Source: Rhizobium sp. Q54 (GTDB lineage Bacteria > Pseudomonadota > Alphaproteobacteria > UBA828). From it: a stretch of DNA of 64,000 nucleotides. The notes under the pieces were generated by a model that saw nothing but the letters and a program-made list of their open reading frames with translations, had not been told where the DNA came from and ran no database searches. The translations under genes were made by a program, and so were the position numbers. Numbering within the stretch: position 1 is the stretch's first letter; every line of letters starts with the position of its first letter. Positions 10,243 to 19,763 of the stretch are shown here, piece after piece. Location of the stretch: NCBI GenBank assembly GCA_945892755.1, contig CAMDDO010000001.1, positions 54,860-118,859 of the forward strand. The letters run 5' to 3'.

Positions 10243-13200
10243 GCCGGGCGGAGGCGCCCTCGCGCGCGCCCGCCGTCTATTCCATTCCCGCGGGCCTGCC
10301 ATTCGCCAAAACCTTGGCGGACGCGCTGTTCGGCCCTGGCGCCTTGGCCCTGGCGACGGACGACCCCCTTGCCATCGCGCGTGCCACGATCTTCGTGCCG
10401 ACGCGCCGCGCCGCTCGCGCGCTGAGTGAGGCGTTGGTGCGGCGGAGCGGCGCCCGGGCCACCTTGCTGCCGCGAATCCGCCCATTCGGCGATCTCGACG
10501 ACGACGAGGCGTTGCTGGGTGACGCACCACACGACGAATCCGACGATTTGCCGCCGGCGGCCGCCCCGATGGCGCGTTGTTTCCTCCTGATGCGTCTGGT
10601 CATGGCATGGCGCGAAAGAAAGACCGGCGTGCCTATGGTGCGCGCCGACGAGGCCGCCAGGCTGGCGCAAACGCTTGCCCGTTTCATCGATGAAATGCAG
10701 AGCGAGCGTCTTGACCCGGCGGCGCTCAAGGATCTCGCGCCCGAGCGCTTCGCCGCGCATTGGCAAGAGATCGTCGAGTTCCTCGCCATCGTCACGCGCG
10801 AGTGGCCGGCCGTCATGACGCGGCTCGGGCTGATCGACCCGATCGCGCGGCGCAATCTTGCGCTCCAGCGCCTCGCGGCGCGCTGGCGGGCGAAGCCGCC
10901 GCCTCATCCGGTGATCGCGGCGGGCTCGACCGGCAGCCTGCCGGCGACCGCCGAGCTGATCGCCACCATCGCTCGCCTTCCGAAGGGCGCGGTCGTGTTG
11001 CCAGGACTCGACCGCACCCTTGATGACGAGGCCTGGGCCGCGCTCGAGCCTTCCCACCCGCAATATGGCCTGAAAATGCTCACCGAGGGGCTTGGCATGC
11101 CGCGCGTGGCGGTGCGCGATCTGGTCGCGGCTCAACCAAGGCGCGGCGCGCGGCTCGCGTTGATCGCCGAGGCCTTGCGCCCCGCCGTGACGACCCATGT
11201 TTGGCGCGCTCTGACGCCGCTCGACCGTACGGCCCTTGATGGCTTCGCGTGGGTCGAATGCGCCAATGAGGAGGCGGAGGCCGGCGTGATCGCGCTCAAA
11301 CTGCGTGAGACGTTGGAGACGCCTGAAAAGACCGCCGCGCTCGTGACCGCCGATCGAGGCCTCGCGCGGCGCGTCGCCGCTCAGCTTGAACGTTACGGAA
11401 TCGTCGTCGACGATTCGGCGGGGCGGCCGCTTGCGCTTACGCCGCCCGGCGCGTTCTTGCGACTATCCGGCTCGCTTGAGATCGAGCAAGTCGCGCCGGT
11501 GTCGCTGCTTGCGTTATTGAAGCACCCCCTTGCCGCCGGCCGCCTTGCGCCTGAAGCGTTCCGTCGTCGGGTGCGAGCGTTAGAGCTCGCCTGTTTGCGC
11601 GGCCCGCGCCCGAGCCCGGGCTTCGAGGGCTTGCGCGCGGCGCTTCAAGACGCCGCGAACGAGCCAGAGACGAAGACCCGACGTGACGAGATCGCCGCGC
11701 TTCTACCCTGGCTCGATGGCATCGTCGCGGCCCATGCCCCATTGGCCCAATTGATCGCATCGCCGCGCGCGACGATCGCCGCGCTGCTTGCCGCTCATAT
11801 CAGCTTCGCCGAATGGCTGGCGGCGAGCGATGCCGAACATGGACCGGGGCGGCTCTGGGCCGGCGAAACGGGGGAGCGTGCCGCGGCCTTCATTGCCGAG
11901 CTCGCCGAGGCTGCCGACGACGCGCCTGAGATCGCCCCGTCGAGTTATCCCGCACTTCTCGATGCGCTGATGGCGGGCATCATGGTTCGCCCCGCGCGGC
12001 CGCGGCATTCCCGCCTGTTCATCTGGGGGCCGCTCGAAGCGCGCCTGCAAAGCGCCGATGTGATGATCCTGGGCGGATTGAACGAGGGCAGTTGGCCGCC
12101 TGAGCCGGAGCCGGACCCTTGGCTCAGCCGCCCCATGCGTGTGGCGCTCGGCTTGTCGCCACCCGAGCGGCACATCGGCCTCGCCGCCCACGACTTCACG
12201 CAGTGCTGCGGCGCGCCCGAAGTCTTGCTGACCCGCTCGCGGCGCGCTGGCACGTCGCCCACCATCGCCTCGCGTTGGCTGACCCGGCTCGACGCCTTGG
12301 TCGGCCTGATCGCGCCGGACGGGCGGTCACGGATCGATGCGCACCATCTCCGCACGTGGCAGAGCGCGCTCGAAGCGCCGGCGCGCGTCGTGCCGTGCGC
12401 CCCGCCCGCGCCTCGCCCACCGTTGCACGCGCGGCCTAGGCGGTTTTCGGTCACGGCGGTCGAGACCTGGCTGGCCGACCCCTATTCGATCTTTGCACGT
12501 CGAATTCTGCGCCTCACGCCGCTCGACGAGCTCGACGCCGACCCAAGCGCGGCCGAGCGCGGCAGTTTAATCCACGACGTCCTCGATCGCTTCGTGCGCG
12601 ATCATCCGACGGATTTGCCCGACGATGCGTTGGACCGCTTGATCGCGGCGGGCGCGACACGCTTCGCCGCGCTCGCCCATCGCCCAGCCGTGATGGCCTT
12701 CTGGTGGCCGCGCTTCGAGCGCATCGCCGCCTGGTTTATCGATGTAGAGCGCGAGCGCCGGGCGCAAGGCACACATCCCTGTGCGACCGAGATCGCCGGT
12801 ACGCTCTGCTTCGACGCGCCTGGTGGCACATTCACGCTCAGCGCCAAGGCCGACCGCATTGACCGCGGCGCCGATGGCGGGCTCGTCATCATCGACTACA
12901 AGACCGGCACGATCCCCTCGAAGCGCGAGGTGGAAAAAGGAAAGCGCTCTCAGTTACCGCTTGAGGCCGCGATTGCGCTGGCGGGCGGCTTCGGCACGGC
13001 CGTGCCGGAAGCGCAGATCGCCGCGCTCGAATATTGGCGGCTAAGTGGCGGCGAGGAGCCGGGTGAAATCCGATCCGTGAGCGATGATCCGGGTGCGCTC
13101 GCGCGTAGCCTTCTTGCCCGCTTGCAGAATTATGTCGCGGGCTTCGATGACCCGAACACGCCCTATCGTGTGACGCCCCGACCCTCGTTCTTCCTGTCTT

Positions 13201-13259
13201 ATCCAGATTACGACCATCTGGCGCGGGTCGGCGAATGGACTGTGGAGCCGGCGGAATGA
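10239..13259 (+). CDS. addB: Double-strand break repair protein AddB
   Basis: PTRRAAR, AGSTGS, WGPLEARL, KADRID, IIDYKTG nuclease motif, YDHLARVGEW. Confidence 0.93.
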   Translation: MSRAEAPSRAPAVYSIPAGLPFAKTLADALFGPGALALATDDPLAIARATIFVPTRRAARALSEALVRRSGARATLLPRIRPFGDLDDDEALLGDAPHDESDDLPPAAAPMARCFLLMRLVMAWRERKTGVPMVRADEAARLAQTLARFIDEMQSERLDPAALKDLAPERFAAHWQEIVEFLAIVTREWPAVMTRLGLIDPIARRNLALQRLAARWRAKPPPHPVIAAGSTGSLPATAELIATIARLPKGAVVLPGLDRTLDDEAWAALEPSHPQYGLKMLTEGLGMPRVAVRDLVAAQPRRGARLALIAEALRPAVTTHVWRALTPLDRTALDGFAWVECANEEAEAGVIALKLRETLETPEKTAALVTADRGLARRVAAQLERYGIVVDDSAGRPLALTPPGAFLRLSGSLEIEQVAPVSLLALLKHPLAAGRLAPEAFRRRVRALELACLRGPRPSPGFEGLRAALQDAANEPETKTRRDEIAALLPWLDGIVAAHAPLAQLIASPRATIAALLAAHISFAEWLAASDAEHGPGRLWAGETGERAAAFIAELAEAADDAPEIAPSSYPALLDALMAGIMVRPARPRHSRLFIWGPLEARLQSADVMILGGLNEGSWPPEPEPDPWLSRPMRVALGLSPPERHIGLAAHDFTQCCGAPEVLLTRSRRAGTSPTIASRWLTRLDALVGLIAPDGRSRIDAHHLRTWQSALEAPARVVPCAPPAPRPPLHARPRRFSVTAVETWLADPYSIFARRILRLTPLDELDADPSAAERGSLIHDVLDRFVRDHPTDLPDDALDRLIAAGATRFAALAHRPAVMAFWWPRFERIAAWFIDVERERRAQGTHPCATEIAGTLCFDAPGGTFTLSAKADRIDRGADGGLVIIDYKTGTIPSKREVEKGKRSQLPLEAAIALAGGFGTAVPEAQIAALEYWRLSGGEEPGEIRSVSDDPGALARSLLARLQNYVAGFDDPNTPYRVTPRPSFFLSYPDYDHLARVGEWTVEPAE

Positions 13260-16200
13260 GCCGAGAATCGCCCGCCGATCCACGCGCCCGCGCGCTGGAG
13301 CCTGACGCCACTGTCTGGGTCACCGCCTCGGCCGGCAGCGGCAAGACGCGGCTTTTGACCGAACGCGTGATTCGCCTGCTGGTCGGGGGCACGCCACCGG
13401 AACGCATTCTCTGCGTCACCTTCACGCGCGCCGCAGCGGCGGAAATGGCGCAGCGCATCAACGAAACGCTCGCCGCCTATGCGACGGCCGAGGACGCCGA
13501 GCTTGATAAAGCACTCGCGGCGCTGCTGGACCGCACCGCGCGATCCGCCGAGCGCCTGCGGGCGCGGCAATTGTTCGCCCAGGTGCTCGACGCGCCGGGC
13601 GGTATCCGTATTCTGACCATTCACGCCTTTTGCCAATCGCTTCTACGACGCTTTCCGCTCGAAGCGGGGCTCGCCCCGCATTTCGACGTCCTCGACCAAC
13701 CGGGCCAACGCGCACTTCTCGCCGATGCCGAGGCACGGCTCTTTGCCGAGGCCGGCGCGGCGCCCGACAACCCAGCCTCGCTGGCACTCAGCCGCCTCAG
13801 CCCAGCGTTCGATGAGGCGCGCTTCGCGGAATTGATCGAGGCGCTGCGCCTTGAACGCGCCCGCCTCGCTGCCGCACGAACCGCTTTTGGCGGCATCGAC
13901 GCCTTGATCGGCGCCGTGCATCGGCGGCTCGACACGCCGGTCGGCGCCGATCAATCCCATGTCGTGGCGGACGCGGCCGCCGACGGCGCGTTCGAGCGCG
14001 ACGCGCTGGCCCGTGCGGTCACGGCGCTGGACCGCCATGGCGGGAAAACCGACAAGGAGCGTGGCGCGAGAATCAAGACCTGGCTGGCGCTCGATCATGG
14101 CGAGAGAGCCGCGAGATTCGATTTCTACATCATGGCGTTTTTGACCAAGGACGATCTCGCACCCCGAGCCAGGCTCGCGACCAACGCCGTCAACACCGCC
14201 GCCCCTGAGACCAATGAAGCCCTCGCGCAAGAGCAGACGCGCTTGCTCGATTTCGTCGGGCGACGGCGTAGCGTGACGCTGGCCGCCAACACGGCGGCGT
14301 TGCTGCGCATCGAGGCGCGCTTCGAGACAATTTATGCCGATGAGAAGGCCAACCACGCGGCGCTCGACTTTGACGATCAGATCGAGGAAGCACGGGCGCT
14401 TCTGGAGGAAAAAGGCGCCGGCGCCTGGGTGCTCTACAAGCTCGATGGCGGGCTCGATCATATTCTGCTCGACGAGGCGCAGGATACCGCGCCCGCGCAA
14501 TGGCGTGTCATCGCGGCCCTCGCGGCCGAGTTTTTCGTCGGTCTCGGCGCGCGCGAGCAGAAACGCACCGTGTTCGCGGTCGGTGACGAGAAACAATCGA
14601 TCTTTAGCTTCCAAGGCGCCGATGTGAAGGCGCTCGAGGCCGAGCGCGAGCGCCTGATGGCGCGCGTACAGGCGGCCAAATTGCCGTTCCACGACGTGCC
14701 GCTCGTGCGCTCATTCCGCTCGACCGCGCCGATACTCGCGCTGGTCGACGCGACCTTCGCCGATGAAGCGGTGCGCCGGGGCGTCGCGCGCGACAGCGGG
14801 GTGATCGGTCATACGCTCGTGCGCGAGGGGCAGGCCGGCCTGATCGAGCTTTGGCCCATGATCGAGCCGGGCGAGAATCATATCGCCGATCCCTTCGACC
14901 TGCCGCTCACCCAAGAGGCCGTGGATGACTCCGAGGCACGTCTCGCGCGCTATGTCGCGACGCGCATCTTGCGCTGGTTGAGGCCGCGCGATGCCGCCGA
15001 GCGCGCCGACGCCATGTTACCCGCGCGCGCGCGTGCGATAAAGCCGGGCGACATCATGGTGCTGGTGCGTCGTCGCTCGGCGTTCGTGCCTCGATTGGTC
15101 GCTCTCCTGAAAAAGGAGAACGTACCAGTCGCCGGCGTCGATCGCATGGTGGTGACCGAACAGCTCGCCGTGAAGGATTTGCTCGCGCTCGGCCAAGCGC
15201 TGTTGTTGCCGCAGGACGATCTCAATTTCGCCTGCCTCCTCAAGAGCCCGCTGATCGGCTTCGACGACGATCAATTGTTTGCGCTCGCTCATGATCGTGG
15301 CGCCGCCTCGCTTTGGCAGACGCTGAGCGCACGGCAGAACGAAAATCAGGATTTCGCCGTTGCGCATGGCTGGTTCGCCGCCCTGCTGGCGCGCGCCGAT
15401 TTTCAACCGCCCTTCGAGTTGTTGGCTGGCGTGCTTGCGCGCGGCGGCCGTGCCAAATTGCTGAAGCGTCTCGGCCCGGAATCCAACGACGCGATCGATG
15501 AGCTGCTGATTCTCGCGCTCAGTTATGAGCGCGATCACGCGCCGTCCATGCAGGGGTTCTTGCACTGGCTGCGCACAAGCCAGAGCGCTATCAAGCGCGA
15601 CCTCGACCATGGCCGCGACGAAGTGCGCGTCATGACCGTACATGGCGCGAAAGGCCTGCAGGCGCCGGTCGTGATCCTGCCCGATACGGTCAGCGCGCCG
15701 GCGACCAAGCTTGGCGTCCTGTGGACCGAGGCCGACGCGCGGTCGCCTGCCCTGCCGTTGTTTCCGGCGCGCGCCGCTCATCTCGATGCCATTGGCCAGG
15801 CGGCCCTTGCCGCGAAAAAAGTGGCGGAGGCCGAAGAGCAGCGCCGACTGCTCTATGTCGCGCTGACCCGCGCCGAGGATCGGCTCTATGTCGGCGGCTG
15901 GCGGGGGCCGAGGCAGGCGCCGGCGGATTGCTGGTATCACTTGATCGAGGCGGGTTTCGCGCGGCTCGAAGGCGTTCGATCCGTGCCTTTGCTCGGGTCG
16001 AGCGTGGCTGCCAAGCAACTTTCCGCGCCGCAAACAGCGAAGCCCGACCCCGCCCAAACGGAGGAAATCGCGCCTGCGCCTGCGCCGCCGCTGCCTGAAT
16101 GGGCGCAACGACCACCGCCACCCGAGCCCACCGTGGCGCGTGTCATCACGCCGTCACGCCGATACGCGGTCGAACTGGCCGCCGGCTCGCCCTTGACGCC

Positions 16201-16705
16201 AGCGGGCGATTCGGCGCGTCGACGCGGCCGCCTGATTCACCGCCTGCTCGAGCTTCTGCCCGAGATCGCGCCGGACGCTCGCCAAGCGACGATCGCGCGT
16301 TATCTTGGCCGTGAGTCGCTCGGACTCGAGCCCGAGGAGCGCGCCAACATCGCGGCGGCGGTCGGCCGCGTGCTCGACGATCCCAAGCTGAGCCCGCTCT
16401 TTGGCCCGGACAGCCTCGCCGAAGTGCCGCTTTCGGCCGAGATCGGCGGCGCGGTGATTTCCGGCCAGGTCGACCGGCTGGTGGTCACACCGGAACGCGT
16501 CACGGTGCTCGACTACAAGACCGGCGCCGTGGTGCCTGATTCGCCGTCCGACCTGGCGCCGGCCTACGCCGCGCAAATGGCGGCCTACCGCTCGGTGCTC
16601 CGACGTGCCTTTCCGGGCCGGATCATCGCCAGCGGGCTCCTGTTCACCGATCGGCCGGTCCTATACTGGCTAGAAGATTCGCTGCTTGACGCCTTCGCAC
16701 CTTGA
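13256..16705 (+). CDS. addA: Double-strand break repair helicase/nuclease AddA
   Basis: ASAGSGKT, TIHAFC, DEAQDT, VGDEKQSI, MTVHGAKGL, YVALTRA, GQVDRL, DYKTG. Confidence 0.95.
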   Translation: MSRESPADPRARALEPDATVWVTASAGSGKTRLLTERVIRLLVGGTPPERILCVTFTRAAAAEMAQRINETLAAYATAEDAELDKALAALLDRTARSAERLRARQLFAQVLDAPGGIRILTIHAFCQSLLRRFPLEAGLAPHFDVLDQPGQRALLADAEARLFAEAGAAPDNPASLALSRLSPAFDEARFAELIEALRLERARLAAARTAFGGIDALIGAVHRRLDTPVGADQSHVVADAAADGAFERDALARAVTALDRHGGKTDKERGARIKTWLALDHGERAARFDFYIMAFLTKDDLAPRARLATNAVNTAAPETNEALAQEQTRLLDFVGRRRSVTLAANTAALLRIEARFETIYADEKANHAALDFDDQIEEARALLEEKGAGAWVLYKLDGGLDHILLDEAQDTAPAQWRVIAALAAEFFVGLGAREQKRTVFAVGDEKQSIFSFQGADVKALEAERERLMARVQAAKLPFHDVPLVRSFRSTAPILALVDATFADEAVRRGVARDSGVIGHTLVREGQAGLIELWPMIEPGENHIADPFDLPLTQEAVDDSEARLARYVATRILRWLRPRDAAERADAMLPARARAIKPGDIMVLVRRRSAFVPRLVALLKKENVPVAGVDRMVVTEQLAVKDLLALGQALLLPQDDLNFACLLKSPLIGFDDDQLFALAHDRGAASLWQTLSARQNENQDFAVAHGWFAALLARADFQPPFELLAGVLARGGRAKLLKRLGPESNDAIDELLILALSYERDHAPSMQGFLHWLRTSQSAIKRDLDHGRDEVRVMTVHGAKGLQAPVVILPDTVSAPATKLGVLWTEADARSPALPLFPARAAHLDAIGQAALAAKKVAEAEEQRRLLYVALTRAEDRLYVGGWRGPRQAPADCWYHLIEAGFARLEGVRSVPLLGSSVAAKQLSAPQTAKPDPAQTEEIAPAPAPPLPEWAQRPPPPEPTVARVITPSRRYAVELAAGSPLTPAGDSARRRGRLIHRLLELLPEIAPDARQATIARYLGRESLGLEPEERANIAAAVGRVLDDPKLSPLFGPDSLAEVPLSAEIGGAVISGQVDRLVVTPERVTVLDYKTGAVVPDSPSDLAPAYAAQMAAYRSVLRRAFPGRIIASGLLFTDRPVLYWLEDSLLDAFAP

Positions 16706-16744
16706 CCCAGCGGGGCTCGCGCCCCAACATTCCTCGAGCCTCTA

Positions 16745-17080
16745 ATGGAGTCCCCCCGAATGGACGTATTGCACGTTAAAGACAGTGAATTCGATCAGAA
16801 GGTTCTGAAGGCGACCGGCCCCGTATTGGTCGATTTTTGGGCCGAATGGTGCGGCCCATGCAAGGCCATAGCGCCGGCGCTTGAGGAACTGGCGAAGGAC
16901 ATGGGTGAGGCCGTCACGGTGGCCAAGGTCAATGTCGACGAAAACCATGCGACGCCCGCCAAATATGGCGTGCGCGGCATTCCGACGCTGATTCTGTTCA
17001 AGAACGGCCAAGTCGCGTCGATGAAGGTCGGCGCCATGCCGAAACAAAAACTCTATGATTGGGTCAAGGGCACGCTCTAG
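16745..17080 (+). CDS. trxA: Thioredoxin
   Basis: FWAEWCGPC, RGIPTL; alternative start at 16760. Confidence 0.95.
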   Translation: MESPRMDVLHVKDSEFDQKVLKATGPVLVDFWAEWCGPCKAIAPALEELAKDMGEAVTVAKVNVDENHATPAKYGVRGIPTLILFKNGQVASMKVGAMPKQKLYDWVKGTL

Positions 17081-17109
17081 ACGCTCGGCCACCCGCTTCC
17101 GCCAATGCA

Positions 17110-17147
17110 AAAGGCCCCGCGCGGTTGAGGCGCGGGGCCTTTCGTTT
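17110..17147. terminator. Probable bidirectional intrinsic terminator
   Basis: 13-bp perfect stem AAAGGCCCCGCGC / GCGCGGGGCCTTT with 7-nt loop, between convergent genes. Confidence 0.85.
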
Positions 17148-17161
17148 GACCAAGGTCGCAC

Positions 17162-18475
17162 TTACTCCGCGGCTTGGCGCGCGCGGACCTTGCGGATTGG
17201 CTGCAGTGCTTTGTGGAAGTCGCCGTCCTTCATGATCATGAGAATGTTCGCCTGATCCAGGAAGAGATCGAGATCCTCGAGCGGGTTGCCATCGAGCATC
17301 ACCAAATCCGCCAAATAGCCGGCCTTGACCTGGCCAAGCTCGTTCGGCTTGCCGAACGCCTCGGCGCCATAGGCGGTCGCAGCGCGCAAAATCTCATAGG
17401 GCTTGAAGCCGAGCATTTTTTGGAAGTGCCGAAAATCGCGCGTGTCGGTGCCGTGCGGCGTCCAGGGGAACCCATAATCGCCGAACGGTAGAATGCGAAT
17501 ACCGCGCTTGTGCATCTTCTTCATCGTCTCGGCGCCCTTGGCGAGCTCGTCGACGAAACCCCATTTCTCGGCGGTCGCCGGCGAAATGCCAAAGTCGCCC
17601 GCCTCATAGGCGGTCGCATAGGTGAAGCCGAGCGCCGGCACGATCCAGTGCTTGTCCTTGTTCGCCTCCAAAAGATCGAGCGATTCCTCATCGGCGAGCG
17701 TTGCGTGATAGATGCGCTGGATGCCGTATTTGATCGCGCGCTTGATCGATTCCGGATTGCGCGCGTGGCAATTGAGGGTGCGCCCGCGCTGATGCGCGAT
17801 GTGCGTGCCCACCGCGACTTCGTCTTCGTCCATCGCGGTCTGGTCGGCATCGCAAAAATTCGGGATCAAATGATCGCCCGAGATCATCAGCTTCACGACA
17901 TCGACGCCCTCACGGCAATATTCGCGCACGATGCGCCTTAGTTCATGCGGCCCATCGAAATAGTGCGCGAGCTCGTTGTGATGCATGTGCAGCTGGCGCG
18001 AATCGCCGAGCCCGCCGGTCACGGTGATCTCGGGCGTCGCGGCCAAATAGCGCGGGCCCGGGATATAGCCGGCGTTGATTTCGTTCCTGACCGCGATATC
18101 GAGCCGCGGTTTGGCCGAGCCGGCACCGACTGCGGCCGTCATGCCATGATCGAGGATGATCTTGGCCTGCCGCGCGGTGATCAGCGTATGCTCCTCGGGC
18201 GGGATGTGCCCCATATTCTGCGGGCCGGTATAGCTCATATGGCAATGCGCGTTGATCAGGCCCGGCATCAACGTGGCGCCACCGCCATCAACGACTTCAG
18301 CGCTGGCGCGCGGTAGTTTTTCGCCGCCGGTCGCGACCTTCTTGATGCGATTGCCCTGGATCAGCACCTCGCCCGCGCTCAGCGCCTTGGCGGTGCCATC
18401 AAAGATCCTGACATTGGTGAACAGAATTGGTCCGCGCTTCTCGGCAGAAAGCGCTGGTTGATCGGCGTGCATCAT
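17162..18475 (-). CDS. Metal-dependent amidohydrolase (Xaa-Pro dipeptidase/ochratoxinase-like subgroup)
   Basis: PGLINAHCH, GVDVVK, CHAR, IYHAT, GDYG, ADLV; ends RQAAE. Confidence 0.88.
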   Translation of the reverse strand: MMHADQPALSAEKRGPILFTNVRIFDGTAKALSAGEVLIQGNRIKKVATGGEKLPRASAEVVDGGGATLMPGLINAHCHMSYTGPQNMGHIPPEEHTLITARQAKIILDHGMTAAVGAGSAKPRLDIAVRNEINAGYIPGPRYLAATPEITVTGGLGDSRQLHMHHNELAHYFDGPHELRRIVREYCREGVDVVKLMISGDHLIPNFCDADQTAMDEDEVAVGTHIAHQRGRTLNCHARNPESIKRAIKYGIQRIYHATLADEESLDLLEANKDKHWIVPALGFTYATAYEAGDFGISPATAEKWGFVDELAKGAETMKKMHKRGIRILPFGDYGFPWTPHGTDTRDFRHFQKMLGFKPYEILRAATAYGAEAFGKPNELGQVKAGYLADLVMLDGNPLEDLDLFLDQANILMIMKDGDFHKALQPIRKVRARQAAE

Positions 18476-18508
18476 GGCATGGCCCTCGTGGTTGATCGTT
18501 GAGGTGGC

Positions 18509-19702
18509 TCAGAGCATCGGCGCATCGACCGGCAGACCCAAAAGGAACTTGGCATAGGGTGCGCCGTTCACGTCGAGATTCTGCGTGATGTGCGACGTGC
18601 CGGCATGGGCGTCGCGAAAATGGCGTGCGAACACGTTGGTCTCATAGAGCCCGCCCGCACCACCGGCGCGATGCAATATATCGACCGCGCGCAGGCAGAG
18701 TTCGCCGGCAAAGGCGCCATCGGCGCGGTATTTCAGCTTTTGCTCGAGGCTCGGCACGCCGCCGGCCTTGGCGATGGCTTGCGCGTCGCGGACATTGCCA
18801 TAGACCAGCGCCTTGGCCGAGTTGATGGCGCCCGCCGCCTCGCCGACCTTGGCCTGTACGGTCGAAAAATCGGCCATCTTGCCGCCGCTGATGCGCGCCA
18901 CGCGTTTCCGGGTTTCCGCGCTGAAATCTTGTAGTGCGCCTTGCGCGACACCGAGCACGGACGCGCCAACCCAGGAGGAAAACAACGCGAACATCGGCAT
19001 GCGATAGAGCCACCCGGTATTGACCCGCGCGCCCGGCGAATCACCCCCCTTGGTTTGCTCGACCAACAAGGACCGATGCTCGGGCACGAATTTGTCGGCC
19101 ATTTCGACATCGTTCGAGCCCGTGCCCTTGAGGCCGGAGGAAAACCAAGTGTCGTGAATCACATAATCGGCTTTCGGCACGACGAACATGCGGAATTTCT
19201 CAGGCCCTTCCGCGCCCTCGACCAGCGCGGCCAGCACCAGCCATTCGGCATGATCGCAGCCCGAGACCAAAGGCCAGCGGCCAGTCAAACGATACCCGCC
19301 CTTGGCCGGCACCGCCTTGGCGGCGTTGAAGATGAGCGAGCCCGCGAGTAGCGTGTTGGCACTCTTGGTCCACAATTCCTGCTGCACCTCATCCGGCCAA
19401 TAGCACGGCATGAAATTGCAGCTGATCAGATTGGTCAGCACCCAGGAGGTCGACGCGCACGACCCGGCAACCGCCGAGATCACGTCATAGAGCGCGACAT
19501 AATCAAGCTCGCTGCCGCCCCAGCGCTTGGGCAGCATGAGATTGACGATGCCGGCCTCGACCAGTTCATCGATCGTCTCGCGCGGCACTTTGCGCAGGCC
19601 CTCGCATTCGGTCGCGCGCGCGCGGAGTTTGGGCAACAAGGCAGTGGTGCGCGCCATCATCTCGGCGTGCGTGCCGGTCGGTGCGGCTATACGTGCGACC
19701 AT
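18509..19702 (-). CDS. Flavin-dependent monooxygenase oxygenase subunit, acyl-CoA dehydrogenase fold (HsaA/C2-like)
   Basis: PKRWGGSE, CASTSW, GRWPLVSGCDHA, DTWFSSGLKGTGSND, FRDAHAGTSH. Confidence 0.85.
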   Translation of the reverse strand: MVARIAAPTGTHAEMMARTTALLPKLRARATECEGLRKVPRETIDELVEAGIVNLMLPKRWGGSELDYVALYDVISAVAGSCASTSWVLTNLISCNFMPCYWPDEVQQELWTKSANTLLAGSLIFNAAKAVPAKGGYRLTGRWPLVSGCDHAEWLVLAALVEGAEGPEKFRMFVVPKADYVIHDTWFSSGLKGTGSNDVEMADKFVPEHRSLLVEQTKGGDSPGARVNTGWLYRMPMFALFSSWVGASVLGVAQGALQDFSAETRKRVARISGGKMADFSTVQAKVGEAAGAINSAKALVYGNVRDAQAIAKAGGVPSLEQKLKYRADGAFAGELCLRAVDILHRAGGAGGLYETNVFARHFRDAHAGTSHITQNLDVNGAPYAKFLLGLPVDAPML

Positions 19703-19763
19703 CGCTTGAGCCCCCTAGCCCCTTCACGCTAGCGCATCTGGGGCGCTGGCATGAAGCGCCGAA

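Noticed and set aside
10239-13259. AddB without Fe-S cluster cysteines
   Set aside because: Normal for alphaproteobacterial AddB.
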